A stretch of DNA of 64,000 nt from an uncultured bacterium. GTDB taxonomy: Bacteria > UBP15 > UBA6099 > JAJRTR01. The stretch spans positions 231 through 64,230 of the forward strand of contig CAZQSL010000004.1 of assembly GCA_964595945.1 (NCBI GenBank). Direction: 5' to 3'. Of the stretch, positions 29,916 through 39,082 are shown piece after piece. Each line of letters starts with the position of its first letter. The first letter of the stretch is position 1. Made by a program: the position numbers and the translations under genes. The notes beneath the pieces are model-generated. The model made no database searches. It was not told where the DNA came from and was given only the letters and a program-made list of their open reading frames with translations.

Positions 29916-29949
29916 CGTGGAGGAAACTTTTTGCAAAAAGTTTCCTCCA
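29916..29949. repeat. Perfect 34-nt palindrome GTGGAGGAAACTTTTTGCAAAAAGTTTCCTCCAC
   Basis: Read directly from the sequence: 16-bp arms and a 2-nt centre, in the convergent intergenic region 29824-30107. Confidence 0.7.
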
Positions 29950-30037
29950 CACCTCTTTCAAAAACTCTCATCGCTTATAACACTTCCCGTTTGTACCGTT
30001 TTCTATTACTTGTATGACCGCAACTTGGTATAACAGT

Positions 30038-30068
30038 TTGTATCAATAAAAAAAGCCCGCCGGTTACG
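30038..30068. terminator. Bidirectional rho-independent terminator between convergent genes
   Basis: AAAAAAA-GCCCGCCG-GTTA-CGGCGGGC-TTTT. An A-tract on one side and a T-tract on the other serve both the + strand M48 gene and - strand flgE. Confidence 0.7.
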
Positions 30069-30107
30069 GCGGGCTTTTGAAGTTAACGGTTTCATTCTGA
30101 ATTACTG

Positions 30108-33041
30108 TCAGCGTTTGAGGTTGATGACCTCAGTGAGCATTTCGTCTGATGTGGTGATGATGCGCGAGTTGGCCTGGAATCCGCGTTCGGTGGCGATCAT
30201 TTCGGTAAATTCCGTAACGATGTCGACATTTGAAGATTCGAGGGTCGATCCGATCATAGTGCCGGAGCCGGCAACATCCGCGGCGACGATATGCGCCGTG
30301 CCGGTATTGGCCGTGGCGATGAAATTGTTGCCGCCGACTTTCTGGAGAGCTTCTTCGTTGGCGAACATTGCGAGGGCTATCTGTGCTATGGGTTTCACGA
30401 CATTGTTGGAGTATGTGCCCTGAATGATGCCGTTGGAATCGATGGCGAAGGAATCAAGGATACCCATTTCCCAGCCGTTCTGCTCTTTGACTCTGGTGGT
30501 GAATTCGGATGCGTACTGAGTCACGCCGTCTTCGGCATTGCCGAGGCCGTCGAAGTTGAGTTCGATTTTGGTCTGCGCGGTGGCGTGAGTGCTGGCGCCA
30601 TTAGCGCCGATCGGGGATGAGTCGAAGACGATGGGGCCGTTGTTGGCTCCAAGCAGGTCGGTCTGGATAAGACCTGACTCGTTAAAGGTAATCGTGCCGT
30701 GGTTGTTGGCGACTGCCGAGGAGTTGAGGACGGAGTCCATGCTGTCGAATGCGAGGGCATCGTCATAGCTGAGTTCGGCGCGCCAGTACCAGCGGTTCTG
30801 GTATCTGTCCTGATTGACGAGGTCATAGTTGGAGCCGACATGAGTGAAGACGAGTTCGACTGTGTGGGCATCGCCGAGCGAGTCATAGACATCGACCGAA
30901 GTGCGGTAAGTCTCGGCTGACTGGAATCTTGTCGTTTCCTTTTCAGTCGGTGTGCTCGATGTGGCCTGATCGGAGATGACAGTGTCGTTGATCGCGGCGA
31001 ACATGGTGTTGAAACTGGTGCGGGCGTGGCCGGAGCCGCCTTCCGTTACGTCGGCGAGTTCCTGGGCGAAGTCAGCCCAGCGGCTGTTCATGATTTCGCC
31101 TGGGGGAGTGAGGCTGCGGTCTTCGGTGGTGTAGTCCGCTGTCACGCGGAGTGTGCCGGTGAAGCCCTTGTTGCCGAAAGAAGCGTTAGCGGAGGAGTCA
31201 TTCCACTTGAGGGTGATGAGGCCCGAGGATGTGTCGATTTCATAGTCGGTGCCGGCGCTGAGGAGGACATTCGGCGGATCGTCGGTGCGGTAGGTGAAAA
31301 CGACTTCCGCGCCTGAAGCTGGCTGGAGGCCGTCAGCTGTATTGAAGATGACGGCGGGCGCGCCGTTGGCGCCTGTGGAGATGACGTATTCGTTGGCTGC
31401 GCCAGTGAACGCGTTGACGTGCGACCAGATGGTGCCGTTGACCGAGAGCTGTTCGGTGCCGCCGACCATTTTGAGGTCGTTGGAAGCGCCGGTGTAACCT
31501 TCCCAGTCGCCAGCGGTGTTGACATCGAGGACGCCGCCGAATCCCGCGCTGTAGGTCTGTTCGAGTCTGGTGCGTTCGACCTGTGCGTAGATCTGGGCAT
31601 TGCCTACGACTGAGCCGTAGTCGAGGGCTGCGTTCATCGTCTGATAGTCGACTGTGCCGATAACTTCGCGACCCATGACGCCAGCGAGTCCGCCATTGGT
31701 GATGCCGAGTCTTGTGCCGACGAGTGTCGGGTAGCTTGACTCTCTGAGCAGGTAGCCCTGGCGGATGCCGGAGCCGGAGACAGCGTTGATGTCGACTGAC
31801 AGGTTGTTGAGGTCGCCCGAGCCGGATGTATCGTTGTTGCGGATGATGAATGTGCCTTCGTCGGCGTCGAATTCGACTTCGGCGTTGAGTGTGCCGGTTT
31901 GCGAATCCATTGCGTTGAGGGCGTTTTGAATGGATGTCTGGAGGTCACCGATCGTGGTGTCGTTGGTGATCTGGAAGTAGAGATATTTGTCCGATTCCAT
32001 CGGAAGCGTCGATGATTCGTAGTGCTGGATCGAATAGTTGACGACCGTGTTGTCAGGAGTATCGCCCGTGGGTACCGCGATGTACATCATGCCCGATGTA
32101 CTGTCGAAGGTCCACTGACCGGCCGTGAGGTTGTTGGGGCTGCTGGTCGAGGGATCGGCGTCGAGAGTGACACCGGCCGGTGCGGTGAGTGTGGGATCGA
32201 TCGCGGGCAGTTTTGTGGAATCGATGTATCCGGAGTATCTGTAGACATCGACTCCCGCACCCGAATAAACGAGTGAGCCCGTGCCGACATTAGCTGTCTG
32301 GCCGACGGTCACCTGTTTGTCAGAGGAAGGTTCGGTGATGCTGACGTGAATTTCGATCCAGTCGCCTTCACGAAGTCCGAGGCTTTCCGGATTGACTTCA
32401 TCGTTGTTGTAGAGATCGACGAGTTTGTCATTGGCTGTGGCAAATCCCTCTTTGGGGTCGATGCCGTCAGCGATCAGTGAGCGTGAGTCTTCGTTGAGGT
32501 TGCAGGCGAGGGTGAGGAGGCTTGTGGCCTGGGCGGCGAGTTTGTCGCCGATCGCGAAATTGATCGAGTCAACGGGGACTGTGGTGTCGATCTTGAAATC
32601 GTGGTCGTTGGTTACGGAAACATTGCTCCAGCCCTGGACATACCAGCCATTGGTGTTGACGAGGTTGCCTTTTTTATCGAGGCCGAAGTTGCCGTTGCGG
32701 GTATATACCTGGCTGCCGGAACCGTCTTCGAGTACAAACCAGCCTGAGCCGTCGATGGCGACATCGAGAGCGCGGCCTGTCGTTTCGGTGGGGCCCTGAG
32801 TCATGATGTTCTGGATTGACGTGGTTGTTACGCCATAGCCGACCTGCATGGGATTCGTACCGCCCTTGTTGCCGCCAGGGGCAGTCGCGCCCTTGTAGGT
32901 AGCGCTGAGGATGTCCGAAAAAGTCGCTCTGCCTTTTTTGAATCCGTAGGTGCTGACGTTGGAGATATTATTGGCGATAACATTCATTTTGGTCTGGTGA
33001 GCCTGTAGCCCAAGCACACCGGTGTACAGTGATGAATTCAT
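30108..33041 (-). CDS. flgE: Flagellar hook protein FlgE, unusually large (977 aa)
   Basis: N-terminal rod/hook motif MNSSLYTGVLGLQAHQTKMNVIANNISNVSTYGFK and C-terminal GFQANSRIITTSDEMLTEVINLKR, with a ~550-aa central insertion. Start at the ATG at 33041 with GGAGGAG 5 nt upstream. Confidence 0.9.
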   Translation of the reverse strand: MNSSLYTGVLGLQAHQTKMNVIANNISNVSTYGFKKGRATFSDILSATYKGATAPGGNKGGTNPMQVGYGVTTTSIQNIMTQGPTETTGRALDVAIDGSGWFVLEDGSGSQVYTRNGNFGLDKKGNLVNTNGWYVQGWSNVSVTNDHDFKIDTTVPVDSINFAIGDKLAAQATSLLTLACNLNEDSRSLIADGIDPKEGFATANDKLVDLYNNDEVNPESLGLREGDWIEIHVSITEPSSDKQVTVGQTANVGTGSLVYSGAGVDVYRYSGYIDSTKLPAIDPTLTAPAGVTLDADPSTSSPNNLTAGQWTFDSTSGMMYIAVPTGDTPDNTVVNYSIQHYESSTLPMESDKYLYFQITNDTTIGDLQTSIQNALNAMDSQTGTLNAEVEFDADEGTFIIRNNDTSGSGDLNNLSVDINAVSGSGIRQGYLLRESSYPTLVGTRLGITNGGLAGVMGREVIGTVDYQTMNAALDYGSVVGNAQIYAQVERTRLEQTYSAGFGGVLDVNTAGDWEGYTGASNDLKMVGGTEQLSVNGTIWSHVNAFTGAANEYVISTGANGAPAVIFNTADGLQPASGAEVVFTYRTDDPPNVLLSAGTDYEIDTSSGLITLKWNDSSANASFGNKGFTGTLRVTADYTTEDRSLTPPGEIMNSRWADFAQELADVTEGGSGHARTSFNTMFAAINDTVISDQATSSTPTEKETTRFQSAETYRTSVDVYDSLGDAHTVELVFTHVGSNYDLVNQDRYQNRWYWRAELSYDDALAFDSMDSVLNSSAVANNHGTITFNESGLIQTDLLGANNGPIVFDSSPIGANGASTHATAQTKIELNFDGLGNAEDGVTQYASEFTTRVKEQNGWEMGILDSFAIDSNGIIQGTYSNNVVKPIAQIALAMFANEEALQKVGGNNFIATANTGTAHIVAADVAGSGTMIGSTLESSNVDIVTEFTEMIATERGFQANSRIITTSDEMLTEVINLKR

Positions 33042-33380
33042 ATACTCCTCCTTCCGAGAGATGGCACACGGTAGGACAACCGGCCGGTTGCATGCAGCCT
33101 TGTCCAGGCCGCAACACTGCGGCATGGCCGGGGTGACGGGTACATCCCCTGCGGGATGCGCCCTCCCCTTGCCGGTCATCTTTGTGGAGGGGATTCTGAG
33201 ATCAGCGGGATTTGAATCCAATCGGTCTGTTACCCTAGAGCGAACACACCTTTTGCTGTCTCGACGGACCCTCTGTTCCGTGTGAGTTGAATTTAATGTT
33301 TGCCGCCTCTGTCACTCGGCGGCATCTATTGGGGGCTTCCTCGGTGAGGTCCAGCCCCAAATGGCCTGTAGAGCTCATCG

Positions 33381-33785
33381 TCAGGCGATCACGGCGCTGT
33401 CGATGTGTGTCACTACGTTCTCCTTCATCCCGTCCGGGTCCATTGCCGTGATTACTGTCCGGTTGGAGACGCTTACAACGAAAGCCATGTTGTCGAGGAG
33501 AACGAGTGATTCCCTCGCTCCCTTGCAGGAAGCCTTGTCGACCGCCGATGAAAGGCGTGTCATGTCGGTTTCCGAGAGCGATATGTTTCTCTGCGAGAGG
33601 CGTTTGACCGCATGCGCCGAGAAGTTAAGACTGCCGGTTTTCTGATCCAGTATTTTCTGAAAGTCCGATTTCGCCGCGCCAGTTTGCAGTTGTGGGGTCG
33701 CGACCGGTGCGACCGGCGCTCCCAATTGCCCCGTGCGTGGCACTTCGGCTCTGATCACGCTGTTAGCGTAAGTCTTGGAAATCAT
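33381..33785 (-). CDS. Small flagellar-operon protein between flgD and flgE (flg_new/TIGR02530-like; uncertain)
   Basis: 134-aa ORF with an SD in the flgD-flgE position, which in Firmicutes/spirochete fla operons holds a small conserved protein. No motif recognised independently. Confidence 0.4.
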   Translation of the reverse strand: MISKTYANSVIRAEVPRTGQLGAPVAPVATPQLQTGAAKSDFQKILDQKTGSLNFSAHAVKRLSQRNISLSETDMTRLSSAVDKASCKGARESLVLLDNMAFVVSVSNRTVITAMDPDGMKENVVTHIDSAVIA

Positions 33786-33858
33786 CTACGTCACCTCCTC
33801 ACTTGCTTAGTGTCTTTACGGTTTTCCTTGCCCTGATGTTCACACGCTTGCCAGCTGA

Positions 33859-34464
33859 TTACGATACGTTGGAAACGGCCGTAACTTCGCTGAACTTTAT
33901 TGAAGAGCCACCTGAGAGATTGAGTACTACCACACCATCCTCGATTTCCGCGCTTATGACTTCATCTGATTTCACCGTGCTCGTGGATGTATCAGTCCAT
34001 GAAACCTGTTTGCCTATCAGCATGCTCGCCTCACTCAGAAGGTTGCCATTGGTGCCCTGGGTATAGCTGAGCACGCCATCGAGCGGCACGGCATCTTCGC
34101 CCACCTTGAGATAGGGAGTGCTGTTGTAGATCACTACTGACTCCGCGACACCGGAAACCACGGTGGAATCGCTGTCGACGTAAGTGACCGTAGAGCCGAT
34201 GAGGCTTGTGGCCTGGGCGACCTGTTGTGTGTAGAGGAGAGATGAGAAGTTGGTGTTCATCGAAGTCATCTGCTCAAGGCTGCTGAACTGCGCGAGCTGA
34301 GCGAGAAAATCTTCGTTTTTGACCGGGTCGAGCGGGTCCTGATACTTGAGCTGCGTGACGAGTAGATTCAGAAAAGCGTTTTTATCGAGATCGGTAGTGG
34401 TTGTGTTTGAAGCGTTAGTGATATCGTTTATCGAATAGTCACTAATGATATCAGTGATTGACAT
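33859..34464 (-). CDS. flgD: Flagellar hook capping/assembly protein FlgD
   Basis: [37 protein letters not shown] is the hallmark FlgD N-terminal motif. Confidence 0.85.
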   Translation of the reverse strand: MSITDIISDYSINDITNASNTTTTDLDKNAFLNLLVTQLKYQDPLDPVKNEDFLAQLAQFSSLEQMTSMNTNFSSLLYTQQVAQATSLIGSTVTYVDSDSTVVSGVAESVVIYNSTPYLKVGEDAVPLDGVLSYTQGTNGNLLSEASMLIGKQVSWTDTSTSTVKSDEVISAEIEDGVVVLNLSGGSSIKFSEVTAVSNVS

Positions 34465-34508
34465 GTAATCCTCCTAATAATAATAAGCGTGTGTGTGTTG
34501 CCGGTAAA

Positions 34509-36725
34509 TCAGGCAAGGTAGTTCACGTTTTCGGGCGAGCCGCCAGTCTGTGCTACGGAGCCACCGTAGAGACTAGTAGTCGAATCGTCGAGAGGGGTAG
34601 CCATCCCATCTTCATCGAGTTCGACCGCACTGCCGTACTGCGACATGTAGGTGTCGCCGGTTTGAGCGTCACTGCTGTACTGGTTGGAGTTGCCTCCACC
34701 GGTATTGACATTGACCTCGAACTTTCCGACCTTCAGGCCCTGTTGCTGCAGAGAGTCTTTGAGCTGGCCAAGGTTGTTTTCGATAATTGCCTTGACTTCC
34801 TGAGACTGAGCCGTGAATTTGGCTACTACCACATCATTTTCAGTTGCGATTTTGAGGTGGAGATCGCCGAGATTGGCCGGACGGAGTGCTATGCGGATTT
34901 CGCCGCCGGTGCCGTTAAGTGCAGAATATGAGACCTTTTGATTGATCTGGTGCATCACATTCTCCTGCATGCTTCTTGCTGCTGTCTGGTTGCGTGTGGT
35001 CGTGGCATCGGCCTTGTTCGACACAAGCTGTTGGAGGTTTTTTTCCGCCGATTCGAGCCTTCCGAGGAAGGCGATTCGGGAGGATGAAGACTCATCAGTT
35101 TTCGCAGTCGCGGTGTTGGAGACAAGCGTCTCTTTTGTCGTGACTGCTGCCCACTCATCAGCCTGTTTTGCGGTTGCGTCCGTGATGCCGGTGATCACCT
35201 GCATCAGCGAGTTGTATCCGCTGCCCGTCTTGAGCGCCGCAAAGGCCGTAGTGTCAGTGCTGATGTTTTCGAGAGTTTTCTGCAGCTCTTTGTAGATTTC
35301 AGACCTGTTTGCTTTGGCGTCTGTCATCATTTTGGCGAGCGTCAGCTTGTCCAGAGCGTCGAGATATGCCTTTTGTGTTTCCACCACATCCGACGTGACG
35401 ATCGTTTCAGCTGCTTCGGCGGTAGCCGTTCCGTCCTGATTGATCTGGAGCGGTATGCCGATTCTCGAAGTCTTTCCTTCAGCTTTGCCGGAGGTCAATG
35501 ATGCCGCAAGTTCCTCTTGTGTGATACCGAGCGCTTCGAGTATCACGGCGACCGTATTCTCTGCTGCCTTGTCCTGCATGGCAGCGGCGTTGTTCGAGAC
35601 TGCTGTCATCTCCCGTGCAGCCATAAGCTGCTCGATCGGGACAGTCAGTTCGAAGCTTGCCGCATCGGCATTTGTACTTCCGGCGGTCTGAACGTTGCCG
35701 GAGGAGTCAATCTTTGAGAGATTGACAAATTGAGCCGATTCGAGAGCTTCCGCGCTGATTGTGAGAGTCAGGGTTTCCCCGTCTTCTCCCTGGGTGAGTT
35801 GAAGTGCGAGATTCAAAGCCGTCTGATTTTCGTCACCCGTTTGGGTCTCTGACGTTGCTGCCATGTCAGTGAGCGGGATCAGAAGTCCGCTGTCGTCTGA
35901 CAACTTCAGGAGTACTTTTACCTCCTTAAGTTTGTCGGCGACCTGTTGCGGGTCAGCCTGTAGATGCATTGCCAGCAGTGATTTTGCGTCGAGCGCAGTG
36001 TTGCCGCTACTATCGCCGGTCTGCTGGGTGATGTCTCCTGTGCCTGCGAGTTGCTGAAGCAACTGCATCAGTTCGCTGTCTTGCGGGACAGCGATCGTAA
36101 GGGTCAGGGCATCTGAATCTGCATCGGTGGTCTGGAGAGCCTGTCCGGTCTGGTCTGCTGCATCAGTGTCAGTCGTTGAGATCGACGTGAGCAGGGCCGC
36201 GAGCAGTTGCATCACCGCGTCCATTGTTGCTTCGTCTCTCTCGGCGGGGTCTTTTGCCAGTTCCTGTTCGATCTTGTCGAGCAGAGCCTGAAGTTTCTGC
36301 GTCCTGTCCGACATCGCCGCTGCGTCAGCTTCGCTTTCGCTCTGCTCCTGCGCGGCCGTCCGTGACTGGCAATTGTCACCTGACTGAGTCTGTTGCACGC
36401 TTTCCGTAGCCTGTGGTGCCGGCCGGTTCTGCTGGGCATATTGTGTCGTGCTCATTGCAGTGCTGTATCCGGTGTCGCGCGTTGCGTATTCGCTACGCGA
36501 CATTTCCAGCCTGGCATTAGCTCTGTCGGCGTTGTAATCCGTCGTAGTTACCGCGTCTCTTGCGTTCGCCGATGTGTAATCGTATGTCTGGTAGGACGAA
36601 CGAAACATATCCTGGAACGCTGTCGACGTGCCACCTGTCAGCGCTTCGGTCGTGCGAGGAAGTACGTCCAGTGCCGATGTCTGCCGATTGTTAAATAACG
36701 ACAGTAGCATTTCGTTTGCTTGCAC
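34509..36725 (-). CDS. fliK: Flagellar hook-length control protein FliK (long low-complexity N-terminal region)
   Basis: C-terminal Flg_hook domain GGEIRIALRPANLGDLHLKIATENDVVVAKFTAQSQEVKAIIENNLGQLKDSLQQQGLKV. The N-terminal 550 aa are Q/T/A/D-rich. GTG start with a GGAGGTGA SD. Confidence 0.75.
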   Translation of the reverse strand: MQANEMLLSLFNNRQTSALDVLPRTTEALTGGTSTAFQDMFRSSYQTYDYTSANARDAVTTTDYNADRANARLEMSRSEYATRDTGYSTAMSTTQYAQQNRPAPQATESVQQTQSGDNCQSRTAAQEQSESEADAAAMSDRTQKLQALLDKIEQELAKDPAERDEATMDAVMQLLAALLTSISTTDTDAADQTGQALQTTDADSDALTLTIAVPQDSELMQLLQQLAGTGDITQQTGDSSGNTALDAKSLLAMHLQADPQQVADKLKEVKVLLKLSDDSGLLIPLTDMAATSETQTGDENQTALNLALQLTQGEDGETLTLTISAEALESAQFVNLSKIDSSGNVQTAGSTNADAASFELTVPIEQLMAAREMTAVSNNAAAMQDKAAENTVAVILEALGITQEELAASLTSGKAEGKTSRIGIPLQINQDGTATAEAAETIVTSDVVETQKAYLDALDKLTLAKMMTDAKANRSEIYKELQKTLENISTDTTAFAALKTGSGYNSLMQVITGITDATAKQADEWAAVTTKETLVSNTATAKTDESSSSRIAFLGRLESAEKNLQQLVSNKADATTTRNQTAARSMQENVMHQINQKVSYSALNGTGGEIRIALRPANLGDLHLKIATENDVVVAKFTAQSQEVKAIIENNLGQLKDSLQQQGLKVGKFEVNVNTGGGNSNQYSSDAQTGDTYMSQYGSAVELDEDGMATPLDDSTTSLYGGSVAQTGGSPENVNYLA

Positions 36726-37012
36726 CTACGTCACCTCCTTTCTATTAAGTTGTAGTTTTGCATCACCTCCCGGTGAATTACTCTTTATATTTTTTATCTT
36801 TTATCATCACTTGGCGGGGCCAGCGGATTCTTGCCCCCAGCCCACTCTTGCAATGGCATACCGGATGGCCGCAATATACGCCAACGCATGCCGGTTACAG
36901 CGGGTTCACTCTGGCTATTATACCAGAACACATACCCATGATGTAAAGCGGTTGGCCGCAAAATATTTGCGGCTCGCGAATCAGGGTCCATGCGGGCTAT
37001 CGGCGGGCTTGG

Positions 37013-37765
37013 CTACTTCGACTTCGCCCTTGCGAGCGCGCGGGCGATTTCAGCGGCTTTTGCCGGATCGAGAGCGCCCATGATATCCGCGACTGTCTTA
37101 TCTTTCATCCCTGAAAGTACATTGACTTTTTCGTCATCCGTGAGATTGTTGAGTATTTCCACAGCGGTTTCCACCGGTACTTTTTCGAGGATTTTGGAAA
37201 CCACTTTATAGTCGGTGCCTTTTGCCGAAGTAATCGTCATCTGGGGTGTAGAAGCGACGAGCGCGCCCTGCGCTCCTCCTGCGGCCGGTGCAACGCCCGA
37301 TGCAGCGCCTGCTGATGTTTCTTCCAGTTCTTCCTCATCGACTGGTTTTTTCGGGGTTTTTAGCTGTTTTTCGAGTTGCGCGATTTTTTGATTGAGTTCG
37401 TCGATCTGGCCCGATGCCGCATCGATCTTTTTGATCTCGCCGCTGAACGATTCCATCTTGCGGACCGTTGCGATATGATCCCTTATGAGGTCCTTGACTT
37501 CGATTTTGCCTTCGTCGGTATAACCTGCAAGCGGGTCCTTGTGAAAACCCTTGGTGACAGCGCCGATTACCGGCACATTTTTAGTGCCCTGATAGATTGA
37601 TTCCTCGACGCCGGCAAGTGCACCTGACATGTGCAGCACCGATATGAAGAGGAGGAAAGAAACAGACGCAAGCGCAATCCACATCCATAGCATGCCACCC
37701 TTTTGTTTTTCAGGTGCCGCCTGAAGTAGAGGCTGTTGCTGATTGGCTGCCGGCTTTTTTGCCAT
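37013..37765 (-). CDS. MgtE_N-domain flagellar protein (MotE/YlxF/FlbB-like)
   Basis: N-terminal TM helix, coiled coil, and a C-terminal MgtE-N-like segment (TAVEILNNLTDDEKVNVLSGMKDKTVADIMGALDPAKAAEIA). Sits between fliJ/SLT and fliK as ylxF does in fla/che operons. Confidence 0.5.
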   Translation of the reverse strand: MAKKPAANQQQPLLQAAPEKQKGGMLWMWIALASVSFLLFISVLHMSGALAGVEESIYQGTKNVPVIGAVTKGFHKDPLAGYTDEGKIEVKDLIRDHIATVRKMESFSGEIKKIDAASGQIDELNQKIAQLEKQLKTPKKPVDEEELEETSAGAASGVAPAAGGAQGALVASTPQMTITSAKGTDYKVVSKILEKVPVETAVEILNNLTDDEKVNVLSGMKDKTVADIMGALDPAKAAEIARALARAKSK

Positions 37766-37873
37766 TTCGATACCTTCCCAAACTATTTATTTGCTTTGGC
37801 GCCCGCCGCAACATTTCCGGCAAGCGCCTGTGGCGGGGTGCTGTTTTCGGGACAGACTATATTTTACCGAAAA

Positions 37874-38578
37874 TCATTCGTCTTGTGTCAAAGTCCCGAG
37901 GATTTTCTGCACGTAATCCTTAGTTTCGGAGTACGGAGGCACTCCCTTGTATGTTTCGACCGCCTTCGGGCCTGCATTGTAGGCCGAAAGCGCAAGCGCC
38001 GGATCACCGCCAAAACGGTCGAGCATCATGCGGAAATAGCGTGCTCCGCCATCGACATTCTGCTCGGGATCGAAAGGATTCGAGACATCGAGATCCCTGG
38101 CGGTGCCTGGCATCAGTTGCATCAGCCCCATCGCGCCTTTTGAGGATACCGCATTGGGATTGAAATTGGATTCGGTTTTGATAATGCCGGTCAGGATGCC
38201 CGGGTCGAGATTGTATTTTTCGGATGCGGCGCGGATGATCCGGCTGATGTCGATACCGCCGTTTGAGAGATTATCAGCGGCAACCGTCTGTCCGAGTACT
38301 GGATACCCTGCCCCCGTCGAGTAAACCTGGCTGTATGACAGAAGCTGCTGCGGGCTCATAAGACTGCCCGTCTCAAGCCCGGCTTCCGTCGCGGCGGCAG
38401 GAGATGCAGATACTTTCTGCTGACTGAGAGAATTGTTCAGTTCGGCCCTGAACTCACTTTCCGCTTGAGCTTTGGGGATCATACTGTCGAAACGCGCCGT
38501 GAGATACTCGATGCGCTCCATCATTTTCGTGATCCCCCATTCACCGGGGTGAGTTCTGAAATTCACATCAAAAGGCAT
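37874..38578 (-). CDS. Lytic transglycosylase (SLT domain), flagellum-associated
   Basis: SLT catalytic region IIKTESNFNPNAVSSKGAMGLMQLMPGTA...ALSAYNAGP. Confidence 0.8.
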   Translation of the reverse strand: MPFDVNFRTHPGEWGITKMMERIEYLTARFDSMIPKAQAESEFRAELNNSLSQQKVSASPAAATEAGLETGSLMSPQQLLSYSQVYSTGAGYPVLGQTVAADNLSNGGIDISRIIRAASEKYNLDPGILTGIIKTESNFNPNAVSSKGAMGLMQLMPGTARDLDVSNPFDPEQNVDGGARYFRMMLDRFGGDPALALSAYNAGPKAVETYKGVPPYSETKDYVQKILGTLTQDE

Positions 38579-38611
38579 ACTGCCCCGCTCCTGAATCGTT
38601 ATCTATCCATT

Positions 38612-39082
38612 TTATACTTTTGCAGCCGTAGAGTCGAGATGTTTTGCCGATCTTACATATCTGACAGACGCGACATCATCGAGGATTTTCTGTTCGCGCA
38701 GGTTTTCCTCCTGCTGATATTTCCGAAAAGCCTTTTCGCGCGCCTTGACCATCACTTCCTTCGCGCGACGGGCTTCGACGAGTTCTTCCTGTTTTTTTAC
38801 GACTGCCTCATACGCCTGCTGCACGCGCCGCTTCTGCAGCGCGATCTGGTATTCGAGTTCGAGTATGTACGACTGAATGAATGTCAGTTTGTTAATGTCA
38901 ATGTCCTGCCTCTGAGACTCTTCCCGCAAAGTTTCACGGTATTTCAGCCTCAGTCCGGTAAGATAATGTTCGCGCTCTACCTGCTTCTGATACTCTGCCT
39001 GTGCCGAAGCCAGTTCGCTCTTTTTCATATCTTCGAGGAACTGCCGGTATTTCAGGACGGACTGAAGTCTGAACTTGAACAT
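38612..39082 (-). CDS. fliJ: Flagellar export chaperone FliJ
   Basis: MFKFRLQSVLKYRQFLEDMKKSELA is a FliJ N-terminal coiled-coil; the gene sits directly downstream of fliI. Confidence 0.65.
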   Translation of the reverse strand: MFKFRLQSVLKYRQFLEDMKKSELASAQAEYQKQVEREHYLTGLRLKYRETLREESQRQDIDINKLTFIQSYILELEYQIALQKRRVQQAYEAVVKKQEELVEARRAKEVMVKAREKAFRKYQQEENLREQKILDDVASVRYVRSAKHLDSTAAKV

